DNA of 64,000 nucleotides from a virus: IMG/VR virus record IMGVR_UViG_3300017963_000203, positions 32,001 to 96,000 of that record; one strand, 5' to 3'. Shown piece by piece: positions 29,301 to 36,997 of this stretch (position 1 is its first letter; each line of letters starts with the position of its first letter). The notes under the pieces were generated by a model. It saw only the letters and a program-made list of their open reading frames with translations, ran no database searches and was not told where the DNA came from. The position numbers and the translations under genes were made by a program.

Positions 29301-32300
29301 GTTCGCTTGAACGGACGCCCGGGCTGGCTGAGAACGCCCATGATAGCCTGATCCATGAGTGGATTGGCGATGGGTCCCTCGAGGTCGATGTGATTCCAGT
29401 AGTTCCCGTCGAAACCGCCTGTCAACCCTCGATCAAAGAGGCCCCGCGGCTCGGGGGCCAAGTCGTTGGCCCGCACTACGCCAGGACTCGTGATGGCCCC
29501 GTTGCTCTGGTCGAGGATATCCTCGTCAGTGAGCGGGAGTGCCTTGAGCTTCTTGCCCTCCTGCTTCACGTTGATCCCGGCGCCCTTCATGTAAGCCATG
29601 AACTTGTTCACCACGAAGGGCGACTTCGGTGGCGGCGTCGGGAGGCCGAGCTGGATGGCACGCCAGAACTCGTCGTTCTTCTGGGACTTGATCGTGGCCG
29701 CATCCCGCAGAAACGCCGTGCCTCCGGAAGAAAGGAGCGAGTAGAGCTCCATCATCCCGATGGCCATGGGGCTGGCGTGAGGTTCACGTGCCGGAGATTC
29801 GTCGTGGGTATACGTCGTGTGGCCACGGGCGCTCAGCTTCTTCGAGACCTGGTGGCGCAACTTCACGAAGTGCAGATTTCCCGTCTGCACATTGTCGTGG
29901 TACTTGTTCGTGGTCGGATCGTGGAGACGTTCGGCACTGTTACGGTTGAGACCGTTGGCCTCGAGCTGCTGACGAATGTGCTCCGTGGCGTCTGCCACAC
30001 CACCGAAGTTCTGGACGAGGTACGGCTTCCCCGTCTTCTCGGCGATCTTCCCCGCGGACGCTTCGAGATACGCCCCGGGATTGGCCCGGCCAAGGACTCC
30101 GGACGGATTGAAGAGGACGTCGAGGGGCTTGCCATCCTCGCCGTGATACATCTCCTTGTCCGGAAGGATCATCGTGACGATGCCCTTTCCGCCGTGCCTC
30201 TGAGAGAGCTTGTCTCCGACCTCCAACGTCTCCTCGGTCTTCACATAGACGGTGATGAACTTTCGCGTCTTGACCACGTTCATCACCTCGGCCGGGTATT
30301 CGCTGTCCCACCGAACCGACACATCCTGCCACTGGTGCTTCAGAGACCGGTGCAAACTGGCGTAGCTGAATTCCTCGTGGACCTTTATCTTTCTCACGGC
30401 TGGAATCGCCACATCACCCATCTGGAGGACGGCGCCAGTCTTCACAATCCCGTTGGGGCCGTACTTCGACCGGTCCAACCCCTCGGCCTCAGCGGGGAAG
30501 TGAGCCAGGAATACCGGAAGCCCCACGCTGATCGTAGAGTCCAGGTTCAGGGTCATCTCGTGTTTATGCACCGAGGTGAGTTTCTTGGCCGCAGTCTCCG
30601 AGACGACGATACCGTCCTCGAAGTTGTACCCCTTGTAAGGCATGAATCCCGTTCGAAGGCTCTTCCCGAGAGCCAAGGCGCCGTTACGCGTGAAGTCGGA
30701 ATCGGCCACCGGCTGACCCTTCCGCACACGGTCTCCCGTCTTCACAATCGCCTTCTCGTTCAGGAAAGCGTTCGAATTGAGCGGGTAGTGATCGTGGAGC
30801 GGGACGGTGTACGTCTGCCCATCGTTCCCTTGAATCGTGATCTTCTTCGAAGTGACACGCTTCACCACACCGTCCACTGGAGCCTGGGGCACGATACGCT
30901 CGCCAACAGCCGTCTCGTAGCCCCGCGCTCCGAACTTGGACTGAACGAGGGGCACGTCCGGGTCCTTCAACGGCACGGCCTGGGTGATGTGATGACTCGC
31001 CATGAGGATCCGGTTGGGGCTGTTCGTGTGAACGAAGGGGACGGCATTGGCCGCGAAACTGAGGATCTTGGAGGCGCTGTCCACGATGTAATCCACCTGA
31101 CGTGCGGGGATCATCTTGAACTCGCCTTTGTACCGGGCCTTGACCGGATCTCTCCGCGCTTTCGGCGGCGTCCTGGTGGTGTCGAACTCATCGTTGAACG
31201 CGAGCACCTTGTCCTCGAGGTCGAAGGCTTTCTTCGTCTCTCTCGCGCCCGTCTTGGCGTTGATCACCGTCAGCCCAATGTCGTTCCCGATCTTCTTGGA
31301 ACCGAGAGCGAGATGGGCATTGATGCCGATCTTGCTCGACTCTGGCGTCTGAACAGGGTCGAAGATCCCCAGGTGGCTCGGGTGCAGGGCACGGAGTCGG
31401 TCACTTACCGCGTGTACGGAGGAGATGCCTCCCTCGCCCATGGACGTGACCAGGGACTGCACGCCCACCATGTCGAGGGGATTATTCTGGTCGCTGTATC
31501 GAGAGAACTCGCTTGTGGTGAAGAACCGCTGCACGGGCTTGGTAAAAAGAGAAGGTGGAAGCACGTCGACCACTGACGGCCGGCGATCGATCTGGAATCG
31601 AATCGACCTCTCGGCTGTCGGTACGTTCTGCTCGAGCTTCTCGACGATGAAATCGTCCACCGAATGCAGGGACTTGTAGGCCAGGTTCTCAGTGTCGTCG
31701 GCCTTCACCTCTCCGCGAGCCAGAGCCAGGGCCTTCTCGCTCGAAGCCACAAGGACCTTGGGCTCGATGCGGCTGTATCGGGTCCCAAGCGTCAGCTTCG
31801 TGATGTTCGGATCCAGCGGTTTGCTGGCAAAGAACTTTCCGATGGCCTCGGCCAAGGCTTCCTGACCCTCCGGCTGGTCGGCGTAGGGTCGCATCTTTTT
31901 GTAGAGCTTCGCCAACTCAGCAGGGCGGTCGTACTTCCGATTCTCTTGGAGGATCTCGTCGCCCCAGATCTTCCGAAGGTCCACATCGGTGACGCCCAGA
32001 GCCTTGAGGATGGGGTAGAGGTAGACGTAGGTGGACTGGCCCACACGAATGCGGAAGACCTGCCGCACGCGGTCGAACTGGACTCGGTAACCGCCGCCCG
32101 CAGTGTTGATGAAGGTCTCCACGTTGTTGTCGGCCGTGTACCTGGTGTACGTCCCCGGCTTGAGCCGGATCTGGTTGACAATCTGGACTTCCTTGCCGCC
32201 GACGATGAAGGACTGCTTGCTCGTGAGATGCGGGACAGAGAGGATCGGGTGCCCCAACTGCCGGTCGAGAACCTTGTTGTTCTTGGTGTCCGTGATGACG

Positions 32301-32512
32301 ACATCACCAAGAAGCCTGGAGGCCAGGGTCCTCCCCGTGGTCTTATACTTCTTGTGAAGCTCCGGATCTCCATACATGTCGGGGCTCGTGTTCGCCCACC
32401 GGAGGTTGGAGACTGAGATCGTGTTCCGCTCACCACTGATGGGGAACATCCTCTCGACACGATCCTTCAGATTTCTGAGGAGAGCGGCGAATCTCTCCTG
32501 GCTTACGATCAT
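26318..32512 (-). CDS. rpoBC: multisubunit-type DNA-directed RNA polymerase, beta and beta' fused in one polypeptide
   Basis: beta motifs GYNFEDGI, GDKLSQRHGGKG, KLRHQV; beta' motifs LNRAPSLH, NADFDGD (~28375-28396), EPATQLTMKTFHTGG; no stop at the junction near 29520-29580. Confidence 0.95.
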   Translation of the reverse strand: MIVSQERFAALLRNLKDRVERMFPISGERNTISVSNLRWANTSPDMYGDPELHKKYKTTGRTLASRLLGDVVITDTKNNKVLDRQLGHPILSVPHLTSKQSFIVGGKEVQIVNQIRLKPGTYTRYTADNNVETFINTAGGGYRVQFDRVRQVFRIRVGQSTYVYLYPILKALGVTDVDLRKIWGDEILQENRKYDRPAELAKLYKKMRPYADQPEGQEALAEAIGKFFASKPLDPNITKLTLGTRYSRIEPKVLVASSEKALALARGEVKADDTENLAYKSLHSVDDFIVEKLEQNVPTAERSIRFQIDRRPSVVDVLPPSLFTKPVQRFFTTSEFSRYSDQNNPLDMVGVQSLVTSMGEGGISSVHAVSDRLRALHPSHLGIFDPVQTPESSKIGINAHLALGSKKIGNDIGLTVINAKTGARETKKAFDLEDKVLAFNDEFDTTRTPPKARRDPVKARYKGEFKMIPARQVDYIVDSASKILSFAANAVPFVHTNSPNRILMASHHITQAVPLKDPDVPLVQSKFGARGYETAVGERIVPQAPVDGVVKRVTSKKITIQGNDGQTYTVPLHDHYPLNSNAFLNEKAIVKTGDRVRKGQPVADSDFTRNGALALGKSLRTGFMPYKGYNFEDGIVVSETAAKKLTSVHKHEMTLNLDSTISVGLPVFLAHFPAEAEGLDRSKYGPNGIVKTGAVLQMGDVAIPAVRKIKVHEEFSYASLHRSLKHQWQDVSVRWDSEYPAEVMNVVKTRKFITVYVKTEETLEVGDKLSQRHGGKGIVTMILPDKEMYHGEDGKPLDVLFNPSGVLGRANPGAYLEASAGKIAEKTGKPYLVQNFGGVADATEHIRQQLEANGLNRNSAERLHDPTTNKYHDNVQTGNLHFVKLRHQVSKKLSARGHTTYTHDESPAREPHASPMAIGMMELYSLLSSGGTAFLRDAATIKSQKNDEFWRAIQLGLPTPPPKSPFVVNKFMAYMKGAGINVKQEGKKLKALPLTDEDILDQSNGAITSPGVVRANDLAPEPRGLFDRGLTGGFDGNYWNHIDLEGPIANPLMDQAIMGVLSQPGRPFKRTQFNGLINGTLWVTPEGEITHDHAPQNKTGGEGLKILLSKIDVDGELRSLRRQVSGLKGDRRDVAIKKLRYLRALKAVNLTPAKAYLNSKVPVVPAKMRPIYPNPDGTLNVADPVHGYREVLMVNNQIKDLKSLGVDDKNLAPLRAQLYGAVRGLVGLQEPLTRSQNFKGFLATIKGQQNKYGLFQGRVLKRRQDLTGRSTIIPDPKLGIDEAKIPEEMAFTIYKPFIVQRMGMLGYPPLKARELIEKRDPSALSALEAVVRERPVVLNRAPSLHKFSLLSFKPMLTKGKAIEINPLVVKGFNADFDGDAMQVHVPVSEDARREATTNLLPSNNLFSPRDNSLIHSPSMEMVLGVYLMTTPKGAAVTKASSENEVLQMYRSGRIKANQAVSIHGNRICAGQIIFNQAFPVGFKPGNISVDKGKLMKIIHDVARKKPAVAGQVISKIKDLGNKYVTEIGWSFDLGDLSFPKNERDSILAKAKKNAKTMGFAKAYGRAQKEMERAVKAKVDNRMVIGGPLSGAFGKSNMITQMVASPVAVTDHEGKIIEVPIEKSFSEGMDMGSFWAMIPGSRKGLMDRTLSTADTGAFGKALIAATVDTTISARDCGTTMGIEMGITDPEALDRVVASGPYRGKITDPQLIRNLKARGVKKIKVRSPLRCQATRGVCAMCFGPLENGNLPNVGYHVGTLAGQTISEPATQLTMKTFHTGGALGGASLGYPRLKQILEMPTNVKGRAILALQGGKIDSIETSAAGGWNVSVAGMRHFVPKEVGLGVKKGQSVRAGQMLSAGGAVKPQDVLAATNDIHVVQERMIGDMSRVFTDAGVRVKRKIFETAIHPLTTRAQVDEPGDADVEFGVHRGDVISVNNLEAMNKKLRKKGKQPIVFTPTLLSIRKAPQYANDFIGQLVAERPHQTLKAAPGLGAVSNIGPGGHPIATYAFGKYFNTKVDQNMSKVALTREIDSIMSLMVEPEEVVHSDLDGDVSAALQELVDKLEE

Positions 32513-32574
32513 CTTCCACCTCGGTTTGTGTCGTTCTAACTATAGCGTAGGACGGCAGAAAATCGACCCAATCC

Positions 32575-32593
32575 GTCATAAGAATGGTGAAAG
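32575..32593 (+). promoter_or_regulatory. candidate phage early promoter, copy 1
   Basis: GTCATAAGA-ATGG-TGAAAG immediately before an RBS. Confidence 0.65.
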
Positions 32594-32602
32594 GAGGTGT
32601 TC

Positions 32603-33052
32603 ATGGCCACGAAGAAGGACTCGAGCATCTTGCCGCTACCCAAGTGGTTCAAAGATGAAATGGCCAGGGAAAAGGAAAGAGAACAGCAAGAGAACTGGAA
32701 GAAAGCCTTCGAGATTCACGAGGCAAGGGCATCGACAAACCTGGACCGAGCACTCAGAGATGCGCCACAGAAGATCAGGGAGGTCGCCAGCCGAGACGAC
32801 GCACCCGAAGGTCTGCTTCAAACGGCCAAGAAGATCCTCAAGGCCGTGAAGATGCATGCCAAAGCGAACACGTGCATCCTCGTCGTCGGTGTCGCCGCGC
32901 TGACCTACCTCATCTCCCCCATCGATAGCATCCCCGACTTCATACCCGGAGTCGGACTGATGGACGACGCATTTCTTCTGGCGGCCGCGTGGGAAAGGAT
33001 CACCCACTGGTTCACAGACACGGACAAGATGAAACTCAGAAAACGATGGTGA
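32603..33052 (+). CDS. YkvA/DUF1232 family protein
   Basis: ALTYLISPIDSIPDFIPGVGLMDD motif. Confidence 0.85.
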   Translation: MATKKDSSILPLPKWFKDEMAREKEREQQENWKKAFEIHEARASTNLDRALRDAPQKIREVASRDDAPEGLLQTAKKILKAVKMHAKANTCILVVGVAALTYLISPIDSIPDFIPGVGLMDDAFLLAAAWERITHWFTDTDKMKLRKRW

Positions 33053-33075
33053 AGCGGCTCGTCGCCGCTTCTTTT
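33051..33075 (+). terminator. intrinsic terminator
   Basis: GAAGCGGC-TCGTC-GCCGCTTC-TTTT. Confidence 0.75.
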
Positions 33076-33088
33076 AGGGGAGGAGCAA

Positions 33089-33301
33089 ATGAGGATTCCG
33101 GAGACCATATCCAAGATGAAACTACGGAAGCTCAGGTGTTGCGACTGCATTTCCTTCGATCGAAAGACGAAGAAGTATTGCTTCCTGCTCAAGACCAAAC
33201 GCCGGCCCGATCAGCCGGCATGCAACCGGATACGAGTGGAGGAGGAGAAATCATGCAAGAAGTCTGGATCGGAAACTACGCCCACCGACCGTTCCGGGTA
33301 A
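33089..33301 (+). CDS. small Cys-rich hypothetical protein
   Basis: GGAGG RBS; CCDC..C..C. Confidence 0.6.
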   Translation: MRIPETISKMKLRKLRCCDCISFDRKTKKYCFLLKTKRRPDQPACNRIRVEEEKSCKKSGSETTPTDRSG

Positions 33302-33861
33302 CGGTCAAATTAGGCAAGATCGTGAAGGTGGAGGGCGACCTCGCCTGGGCGAAGGGAATGAGAATCCGCCATTTCAAGAGAACCGTCTGGAAGTACGGAG
33401 GGCCGAACCGTGTCGAGCGAGAACGAAGTACCAAAGACGCGAGCCGAAGTATCCCGGTCTCTCCACAAGATGGGGAGACTGAAAAAGCGCGCTCTCAAGA
33501 GGTCAGCCAAGAAGAGATCGAAGCAGCGCCGGCAGAGATCGAACGTGTCTTTCGTGGAAGGCACCACAATGACAAGGTGTCAAGTCTGCGGACACCTCCG
33601 GAGACAAGACCTTCCTTGCCACGAGTGCGGCGCCCCCGAATCTCGTCAGGAATGGGTCTGCGGAGAGCCCTCCGTGCCGCCAAGATCATGGGGTGCGAAG
33701 TGGACCACATCTGGGGCACTGGGGAGACGCGGATCTCGCACAGGCTGCTTCTCCAAGAAGACGGCAGCCGGCGAACAGTGGTTCTGAACCAGAGGAAGAA
33801 GGACGCTCCCCGCGCCCTGACCTCTTTTCTGACGCAACTCAAGGCGGCACTTCCGTCATAA
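33253..33861 (+). CDS. hypothetical protein (overlaps alternative-frame ORF 33410-33787)
   Basis: GGAGGAG RBS before ATG 33253; gene structure ambiguous. Confidence 0.5.
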   Translation: MQEVWIGNYAHRPFRVTVKLGKIVKVEGDLAWAKGMRIRHFKRTVWKYGGPNRVERERSTKDASRSIPVSPQDGETEKARSQEVSQEEIEAAPAEIERVFRGRHHNDKVSSLRTPPETRPSLPRVRRPRISSGMGLRRALRAAKIMGCEVDHIWGTGETRISHRLLLQEDGSRRTVVLNQRKKDAPRALTSFLTQLKAALPS

Positions 33862-33873
33862 GAGTAGTGAAAG
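33855..33873 (+). promoter_or_regulatory. candidate phage early promoter, copy 2
   Basis: GTCATAAGA-GTAG-TGAAAG. Confidence 0.6.
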
Positions 33874-33898
33874 AAACGGCCCTCATGCTCCACCACCG

Positions 33899-33928
33899 GA
33901 AGCGGCTCGAAAGAGTCGCTTCTTTTTT
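33899..33928 (+). terminator. intrinsic terminator
   Basis: GAAGCGGCTC-GAAA-GAGTCGCTTC-TTTTTT. Confidence 0.8.
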
Positions 33929-33942
33929 GTCTGGAGGTGTCC

Positions 33943-34350
33943 ATGGGTTTCAAGACGTTCATCCTCGCACGCCGCTCTCAGTTCACCGGGAAAGTCAACG
34001 AGATGGCGTTGCCGCTCAGCCGCGATGAGTTCCTGGCCGCGTTCAAGAAGTGGCAGGAAGGCGCTCTCATCCAGAACGCATTTCCCACCCTCAACACCAT
34101 GCAGCGGGAGTTCATCAAGTCCGGTGTCACCCAGGAAGAGTGGGATGCGCATATCAACCCCATCGTTTGCCAGACCTGCAAGCGTCGGATGGATGAGGAC
34201 TACACGATCGGATGCCCAGAGTGCTTCGAGCACGAACACGCAGAGGAGGAAGAAGAGCATGACGGAGGAGAAAAAGGAGAGCCCGTCGATGGCGCGGGAT
34301 GTTCAGAAGAGGCTGGTCAGGATTCTGATGGCCGGCCTCAACTACCCTGA
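33943..34350 (+). CDS. hypothetical protein with C-terminal Zn finger
   Basis: LIQNAFPTL..REFIKSGVT.EEWD; CQTC..CPEC. Confidence 0.7.
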   Translation: MGFKTFILARRSQFTGKVNEMALPLSRDEFLAAFKKWQEGALIQNAFPTLNTMQREFIKSGVTQEEWDAHINPIVCQTCKRRMDEDYTIGCPECFEHEHAEEEEEHDGGEKGEPVDGAGCSEEAGQDSDGRPQLP

Positions 34351-34489
34351 CCTGCTCGACGATTTCGAGCGCCACTTCGTGCGAGACATGGCCCACGCTT
34401 TCCAACGGTTCGGGGCCAAGACCAAGGTTTCACCGAAACAGTTCACGATCCTGGAGAAGATCGGCCGCAAGATTTGCGTGATTGATTGA
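34259..34489 (+). CDS. hypothetical protein
   Basis: RBS present; FERHFV...SPKQFTILEKI. Confidence 0.6.
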   Translation: MTEEKKESPSMARDVQKRLVRILMAGLNYPDLLDDFERHFVRDMAHAFQRFGAKTKVSPKQFTILEKIGRKICVID

Positions 34490-34492
34490 TAA

Positions 34493-34520
34493 AGAGCGGC
34501 GAGTTGCCGCTCTCTTTTTT
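34493..34520 (+). terminator. intrinsic terminator
   Basis: AGAGCGGC...GCCGCTCT followed by CTTTTTT. Confidence 0.8.
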
Positions 34521-34532
34521 GGAGGACCGACG

Positions 34533-34703
34533 ATGGCAGCGATGGGATCTATCCAGTACGCCAGGCTCCAGGAAGCCCGGGATCTGATCAAGGATGGGCC
34601 CAAGATGGCGTTACCGCCATACTGGAAGACGCGTCAGAAACTCAAGGCAGTCCTCGTATGGACCCAAAACCTGATCGCAGAGAGAATAGAGAAAGGAGAG
34701 TGA
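34533..34703 (+). CDS. small hypothetical protein
   Basis: GGAGG RBS, 56 aa. Confidence 0.6.
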   Translation: MAAMGSIQYARLQEARDLIKDGPKMALPPYWKTRQKLKAVLVWTQNLIAERIEKGE

Positions 34704-34704
34704 C

Positions 34705-35232
34705 GTGAGCGATGATTGCCTTATGTGCCGGGGGCATTCCAGAGACGAAATCCTCAAGAGCATCCGGAGGATCGTAGTGGACGAGGGGAACACCCACCTC
34801 ATGATGATCCAAACCGGAGGCCCTAAGCTGGGCGCACCCGGGTACACTCCTGACTTCACCTACACGATTGGCATGTGGCACAACTTCGGCGCGCCTGAAC
34901 TCGTGATGTTTGCGGCGAACCCAGCCATGCTCAACACCGTCAGGGACAAGGTCAGGGAAGGCATGGTCATCCACCCGCACAAGAGGTACTCCGGGCTTGC
35001 CAAAGGCCTCGATACAGTGTTCGCGGAGATCCAGAAACCTGACCAGATCTTCGTGTTCACCAGGCTCTTCTACGCGAAGTACGGCTCGCCGGCCGACCGC
35101 AAGTTCCCTCGGATGCAGCTCGTCTGGCCCGACGAGTTCAACGTCTTCCCCTGGGAGGACGGGTTCAACGATCATTTCCGGCCGGCTCAGCTCGAGGTGG
35201 CCCAATGGCCTGAGAAAGGAGCGAAAGTATGA
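34705..35232 (+). CDS. DUF4262 domain protein
   Basis: FTYTIGMW..PELVM...QLVWPD..FPWE motif. Confidence 0.75.
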   Translation: MSDDCLMCRGHSRDEILKSIRRIVVDEGNTHLMMIQTGGPKLGAPGYTPDFTYTIGMWHNFGAPELVMFAANPAMLNTVRDKVREGMVIHPHKRYSGLAKGLDTVFAEIQKPDQIFVFTRLFYAKYGSPADRKFPRMQLVWPDEFNVFPWEDGFNDHFRPAQLEVAQWPEKGAKV

Positions 35233-35347
35233 AGGAGCGGACGTTCGACCGGCCCCAGATCACCGATGCGGAGATCAAGACCGCCCTCAGTGAGATCGGG
35301 AGCAAGTCGGATCCATGGCGTCCAAGAGGATGGACTGGTAGGAAAGC

Positions 35348-35385
35348 AAAAAGGACCCCATCCTCTCCGGATGAGGTCCTTTTTT
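35348..35385. terminator. bidirectional terminator
   Basis: A5-GGACC...GGTCC-T6 between convergent genes. Confidence 0.7.
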
Positions 35386-35403
35386 ATCTCGATATGTCCC
35401 TCG

Positions 35404-35664
35404 TCAGACCATCACCGCCCCGGTCTGCCTGCGCTGTCGCCGGAAGATCGCCGCTGGAATGGCCGGTCTGGCCCGTACGGCGACGTCGTCTCCACCCCAA
35501 CCCTCTTCCGTTTCCGGAGGTGTGGCGATCATGACTTCGGCGCCGCAGAGCTCGCACTTGAGATGTCCGGGTTTCACGGAGAACAGCCTGTCCCCGCAAC
35601 CCGGACAGAGATTGGGTGTCGGCTTTCCGTTGAACGGAGCCTCTCCCCTGATTCCGGGTTCCAT
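35404..35664 (-). CDS. small Zn-ribbon protein, antisense to its neighbours
   Basis: GAGGTG RBS; CPGC-x13-CELC; ends just before the bidirectional terminator. Confidence 0.6.
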   Translation of the reverse strand: MEPGIRGEAPFNGKPTPNLCPGCGDRLFSVKPGHLKCELCGAEVMIATPPETEEGWGGDDVAVRARPAIPAAIFRRQRRQTGAVMV

Positions 35665-35732
35665 GCTACACCTCATGAGTGCTAAAACGGGGCTCACCAA
35701 GAACCTCCGATTGATTTGCTGTTCTCACTATT

Positions 35733-35760
35733 AAAGTAACATAGAAAGCAAGCCACGCAA
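35733..35760 (-). promoter_or_regulatory. possible host sigma70-type promoter
   Basis: TTGCGT-N16-TACTTT with extended -10 TGn, in an AT-rich gap. Confidence 0.35.
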
Positions 35761-35798
35761 ACCAAATTCGTGGCTATACGGAAAATAACCACACCTGT

Positions 35799-35817
35799 GT
35801 CATAAGACCTGTAGATG
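35799..35817 (+). promoter_or_regulatory. candidate phage early promoter, copy 3
   Basis: GTCATAAGA-CCTG-TAGATG. Confidence 0.6.
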
Positions 35818-35847
35818 GAAATAAGGTTCGTTTTTTGGAGATGAGGC

Positions 35848-36174
35848 ATGACCGAGGAAGACAAGGAGAAGAACGCGATCAAAAAGACCAAGGAAATGCT
35901 GGAGGGCATGAAGGACCTCGGGAAGAAGATGAGAGAGGTCCAGGGCGCCCTGGAGGCATCTCTCGACCGACACAGGGACACGCTCCTGAAGGTGGACCAG
36001 CCGGGCGATCTCGAGGAGAAGGTCAACGCCCTTCTCGACATCAACGCCGGCCTTGCCCGGGCTCAAGCCATCGGAATGGGGATGACCCTGACGCAGCTCG
36101 ACTTGACGATGGAGCAGATGGGCAGCGTATTCGACCTCATGATCGACGACGAGGACGCCCCGGGCATCGGGTAG
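35848..36174 (+). CDS. coiled-coil hypothetical protein
   Basis: 108 aa between the promoter motif and a terminator. Confidence 0.75.
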   Translation: MTEEDKEKNAIKKTKEMLEGMKDLGKKMREVQGALEASLDRHRDTLLKVDQPGDLEEKVNALLDINAGLARAQAIGMGMTLTQLDLTMEQMGSVFDLMIDDEDAPGIG

Positions 36175-36180
36175 GCATCA

Positions 36181-36208
36181 GGGGACCGCTTGACCGGCGG
36201 TCTCTTTT
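36181..36208 (+). terminator. intrinsic terminator
   Basis: GGGGACCGC...GCGGTCTC-TTTT. Confidence 0.7.
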
Positions 36209-36226
36209 ATCCGGAAAGGAGACGTC

Positions 36227-36997
36227 ATGGATTTCGACACCAAGGAGGGGATCGCTGAGGCGGTCCAGACGCTCGAAGGATTCGGCGAACTGCGCAGAAC
36301 GCGGCATCACGCGGCCTACGTCGACGAGCATCGGTTGAACGAGTTCGTCGTTCTCGGCCGATGGCTGCTCGACTCCTGCGGGAACTGCATGGGCGCCCCG
36401 ACGCCGTTCAACGTGTCCCCAGTACTCACCAAACAGGAGTTCTTCGAGGAGATCGGCAGGGACAACATGGTGGGCTTCGGGATGCCGACCAGCATTCCGG
36501 GCCACAAGGACATCTGCCCGTTCTGCAACCGCGGGTGGAGCATCCACAACGTCCACGACTGCTACCAGACCCACATCGGGCAGGCCTGGTTCACCTATCA
36601 CGCCCGGTGCTACCGGATCAAGCTCGCCAAGGAGACCCAAGGCGACCTGGAAGCGGCCTTCGACGTAGCCGGTCTCGGCCCTGCCTTCTTCATCCCCGTT
36701 CCTAACGAATACTATCCGGATCCCAACGCCATCTTCTACACCTACTGGTTCGACGTGTACACGTCCCTGGCCAGGTTCAAGGTTGGGTGGCGGAAGCGGG
36801 TCATCCATCTCGAGGTCGTGGACCCGACTGAGGGCTACGACACGGAGGAGCTGTTTCCCAAGGAGAGCACGACGAAGTTCGGCCAGGTGATCCACTGCTG
36901 GGGCTACACGAAGATGGCGCAGTACCTGGCCATGTTCCGGAGCGCCCTCATCGAGAAGAGGCTGCAACGTCTCTACCCAAGGAAGGAGGACTCATGA
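36227..36997 (+). CDS. hypothetical protein
   Basis: 256 aa with AAGGAG RBS; IPVPNEYY..WF..GWRKRVI. Confidence 0.75.
   Translation: MDFDTKEGIAEAVQTLEGFGELRRTRHHAAYVDEHRLNEFVVLGRWLLDSCGNCMGAPTPFNVSPVLTKQEFFEEIGRDNMVGFGMPTSIPGHKDICPFCNRGWSIHNVHDCYQTHIGQAWFTYHARCYRIKLAKETQGDLEAAFDVAGLGPAFFIPVPNEYYPDPNAIFYTYWFDVYTSLARFKVGWRKRVIHLEVVDPTEGYDTEELFPKESTTKFGQVIHCWGYTKMAQYLAMFRSALIEKRLQRLYPRKEDS

Noticed and set aside
842-31576. Long plus-strand ORFs (842-3418, 10022-12046, 23356-24969, 29234-31576 and others)
   Set aside because: They are antisense shadows of GC3-biased real genes (sheath, MCP, RNAP) and have no recognisable motifs.
26318-32512. Host chromosomal rpoBC (bacterial DNA or prophage flank)
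   Set aside because: There are no rplL/rpsL neighbours, the sequence is highly reduced and divergent, and it is embedded in a virion operon. No integrase or host genes are present.
19943-32512. Inteins or introns in TerL or the RNAP
   Set aside because: The ORFs are continuous and compact, with no intein C..HN-C/S/T junctions or LAGLIDADG blocks noticed.
33652-33861. HicA-like toxin domain at the end of ORF 33253-33861
   Set aside because: The spacing is reminiscent of HicA, but the catalytic GSH histidine is absent and there is no HicB partner.
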